A stretch of 16,232 bases of DNA from Spirochaetes bacterium ADurb.Bin133 (lineage in GTDB: Bacteria; Spirochaetota; GWE2-31-10; MWDO01): the NCBI GenBank assembly GCA_002070605.1, contig MWDO01000058.1:1-16232 (forward strand). Direction: 5' to 3'. The first letter of the stretch is position 1, and each line of letters starts with the position of its first letter. The notes under the pieces were generated by a model. It did not search any database and was not told the DNA's origin. It saw only the letters and a list, made by a program, of their open reading frames with translations. Of this stretch, positions 14,745 through 16,232 are shown in pieces. A program made the position numbers and the translations under genes.

Positions 14745-15986
14745 TTAATAATCGTTCCTAACTAATCTAAAGCCTAAGTCGTCTTTGCAGTAGTTTTTGT
14801 TTCTTTTATCGCGATAAGAAACTTTCGTCGCTAATTTACTTTTAGAATACGATCCGCCTCTAACGACTCTTTTTGAACCGCGAACTGGACCTTGCGGATC
14901 AATTTGGTTGTCTTTGTAATATTTTCTGTCGTAATAGTCCCAACACCATTCGCGGACGTTTCCGGTCATATCGTAAATCCCAAGATCGTTAGGTTTCTTT
15001 GTTCCGACAACGCTTGTTTTATCGTCCGAATTTTTATTGTAAACGGCAACTTCTCCTATATTTTCGCTTCCGCTGAATTTATATTTTTTATTATTCTTGC
15101 CGCCTCGAGCCGCGTATTCCCATTCCGCTTCCGTCGGTAGTCTATAGCCGTTAGCTTTTATGTCGAACTTTACTTCGCCGTCTTCGATAGAATAAACCTT
15201 AGTTAATCCCTCTTTCTCGCTTTTTTTATTGCAAAATTCAATCGCGTTAAGCCATGATACGCGCTCGACAGGTCTGTCGTCGTTTTTGTACCGCGAAGGA
15301 TTGTCGTTCATTATAGATTTCCACTCTTTTTGAGTAACCTCGTATTTGCCGATCCAAAAACTCGATACTGTTACTGAATGAAATTTTTCGGCGCTTAACT
15401 TTTTACCCGTACTTCCTATAATAAATTCGCCGCCTTGAACGAATATCATATCAGCCGAAACGCTCGGCGTTTTATTATTAACGGAAGAATTCTTATCGAC
15501 GACATTTTTTGTCTTGTTGAGTCCGTCGTTCGTAAAAACTAGTATAGCTAGATTTTGAATAAGTCCGGGAATTTCGTCTTCATTTTTGGTAGTAATGCTT
15601 TTTGCAAATTTTGCAAGACCCGTAGAAACTTCAACGCCGCGCATATTAATTGTTATCGTAGAACCGATTTTTGTAACGCTGCCAAGAATAACGAGCTTTA
15701 CTCCGTGAAGATTACCTAACTCTTCTCTTAATTTATCGTTAAAATCGTCGGAATTTTGTAAATTCAGCTCTTTCATAAGTTTATCAAGTTGATTTCTCTC
15801 TATTACATTAAAATCGCTCGTATTTATGATTGAAGTCGTAAGATTCTCTACAATCGCTTCAGCTAATATGGGTTCGACGCCCTTGGGCGTGAAATTTAAT
15901 ATCGCAACTCTTGTTTTTGTATTTTCAGTTGAATTCAAGAAAACGCCGAATAGAAGTAATAACGTTAACATTATATTTTTTTTCAT
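14745..15986 (-). CDS. FGE-sulfatase (SUMF1/formylglycine-generating-enzyme family) domain protein with N-terminal signal peptide and TolB-N/LpoB-like domain
   Basis: GAGGAG RBS. MKKNIMLTLLLLFGVFLNS is a signal peptide. The N-domain VAILNFTPKGV...NVIERNQLDKLMKELNLQNSD...VKLVILGSV resembles the TolB-N/CsgG/LpoB-like fold. The C-terminal half has SUMF1 hallmarks (GYRLPTEAEWEYAARGG..., MTGNVREWCWDYY, RVVRGGSYS...LGFRLVRN). Confidence 0.75.
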   Translation of the reverse strand: MKKNIMLTLLLLFGVFLNSTENTKTRVAILNFTPKGVEPILAEAIVENLTTSIINTSDFNVIERNQLDKLMKELNLQNSDDFNDKLREELGNLHGVKLVILGSVTKIGSTITINMRGVEVSTGLAKFAKSITTKNEDEIPGLIQNLAILVFTNDGLNKTKNVVDKNSSVNNKTPSVSADMIFVQGGEFIIGSTGKKLSAEKFHSVTVSSFWIGKYEVTQKEWKSIMNDNPSRYKNDDRPVERVSWLNAIEFCNKKSEKEGLTKVYSIEDGEVKFDIKANGYRLPTEAEWEYAARGGKNNKKYKFSGSENIGEVAVYNKNSDDKTSVVGTKKPNDLGIYDMTGNVREWCWDYYDRKYYKDNQIDPQGPVRGSKRVVRGGSYSKSKLATKVSYRDKRNKNYCKDDLGFRLVRNDY

Positions 15987-16094
15987 ACAAAACTCCTCGT
16001 ATGATTTTTTTGATATAATAATACATTTATTTTAAATAACAAGATTTATATAATATTTTACATTTCAAATAAATTATATAGCTCGTCGGTTTCT

Positions 16095-16170
16095 TGGGAG
16101 ATTGACACATATGCTTCGCGCCGATAACGCGCGACAATTGTCGCATAAAAATTGACGCATCTATGGTAAA
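16095..16170. repeat. two further copies of TTGACnCAT(c)ATG motif flanking a GCGCGACAATTGTCGC palindrome
   Basis: TTGACACATATGC at 16103-16115; perfect 14-bp palindrome GCGACAATTGTCGC within 16127-16142; TTGACGCATCTATGG at 16152-16166. The GCGCGACAAT arm also forms the 10-bp stem at 5212-5258. Confidence 0.55.
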
Positions 16171-16232
16171 AGTCAACGATAATCTTTGTTTTTTTTTAAC
16201 ATTTTAATCTATCGTCTATAAATACAGCCTCA

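Noticed and set aside
14892-15140. 82-aa +ORF opposite the FGE gene
   Set aside because: Antisense artefact.
15826-16035. 69-aa +ORF overlapping FGE gene start
   Set aside because: It overlaps the 5' end of the FGE gene and its promoter. It has low complexity and no RBS.

Overview
This is an AT-rich (~one-third GC) bacterial chromosomal window with roughly 15 plausible genes plus several non-coding elements. The gene content looks spirochete-like (STAS antagonist, bactofilin, TPR lipoprotein, FGE-sulfatase fusion, MtaB), but that is a low-confidence guess.

Layout, left to right:
- A truncated minus-strand CDS runs off the window start.
- A putative promoter and a cobalamin-riboswitch-like leader precede a TonB-dependent (BtuB-like) receptor, a small lipoprotein and a J-domain protein.
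- A convergent SPFH/band-7 protein follows.
- A ~450-nt GC-rich ORF-free island carries tRNA-like D-arm and T-arm motifs. It is probably a structured RNA on the minus strand, but I could not assign a family.
- A degenerate tandem array of five repeat units follows, each headed by TTGACnCATATG. A 15-bp perfect hairpin sits inside the array.
- The remaining genes are: a UvrD/PcrA/Rep-family helicase (minus); a STAS anti-sigma-factor antagonist with an unknown 507-aa protein; a tartrate/D-malate dehydrogenase-like enzyme; a degenerate HD-GYP protein directly followed by a bactofilin; a TPR signal-peptide protein; MtaB methylthiotransferase; a bidirectional terminator; tRNA-Met(CAT) (minus); and an FGE-sulfatase (SUMF1) fusion protein (minus).

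The same CATATG-core repeat family also occurs at 424-481, 14627-14718 and 16095-16170. It is a dispersed intergenic repeat or operator family. I see no CRISPR array, transposase, integrase, toxin-antitoxin pair or recognisable defence system. The most unusual parts are the unclassified GC-rich RNA-like island and the repeat family around it.
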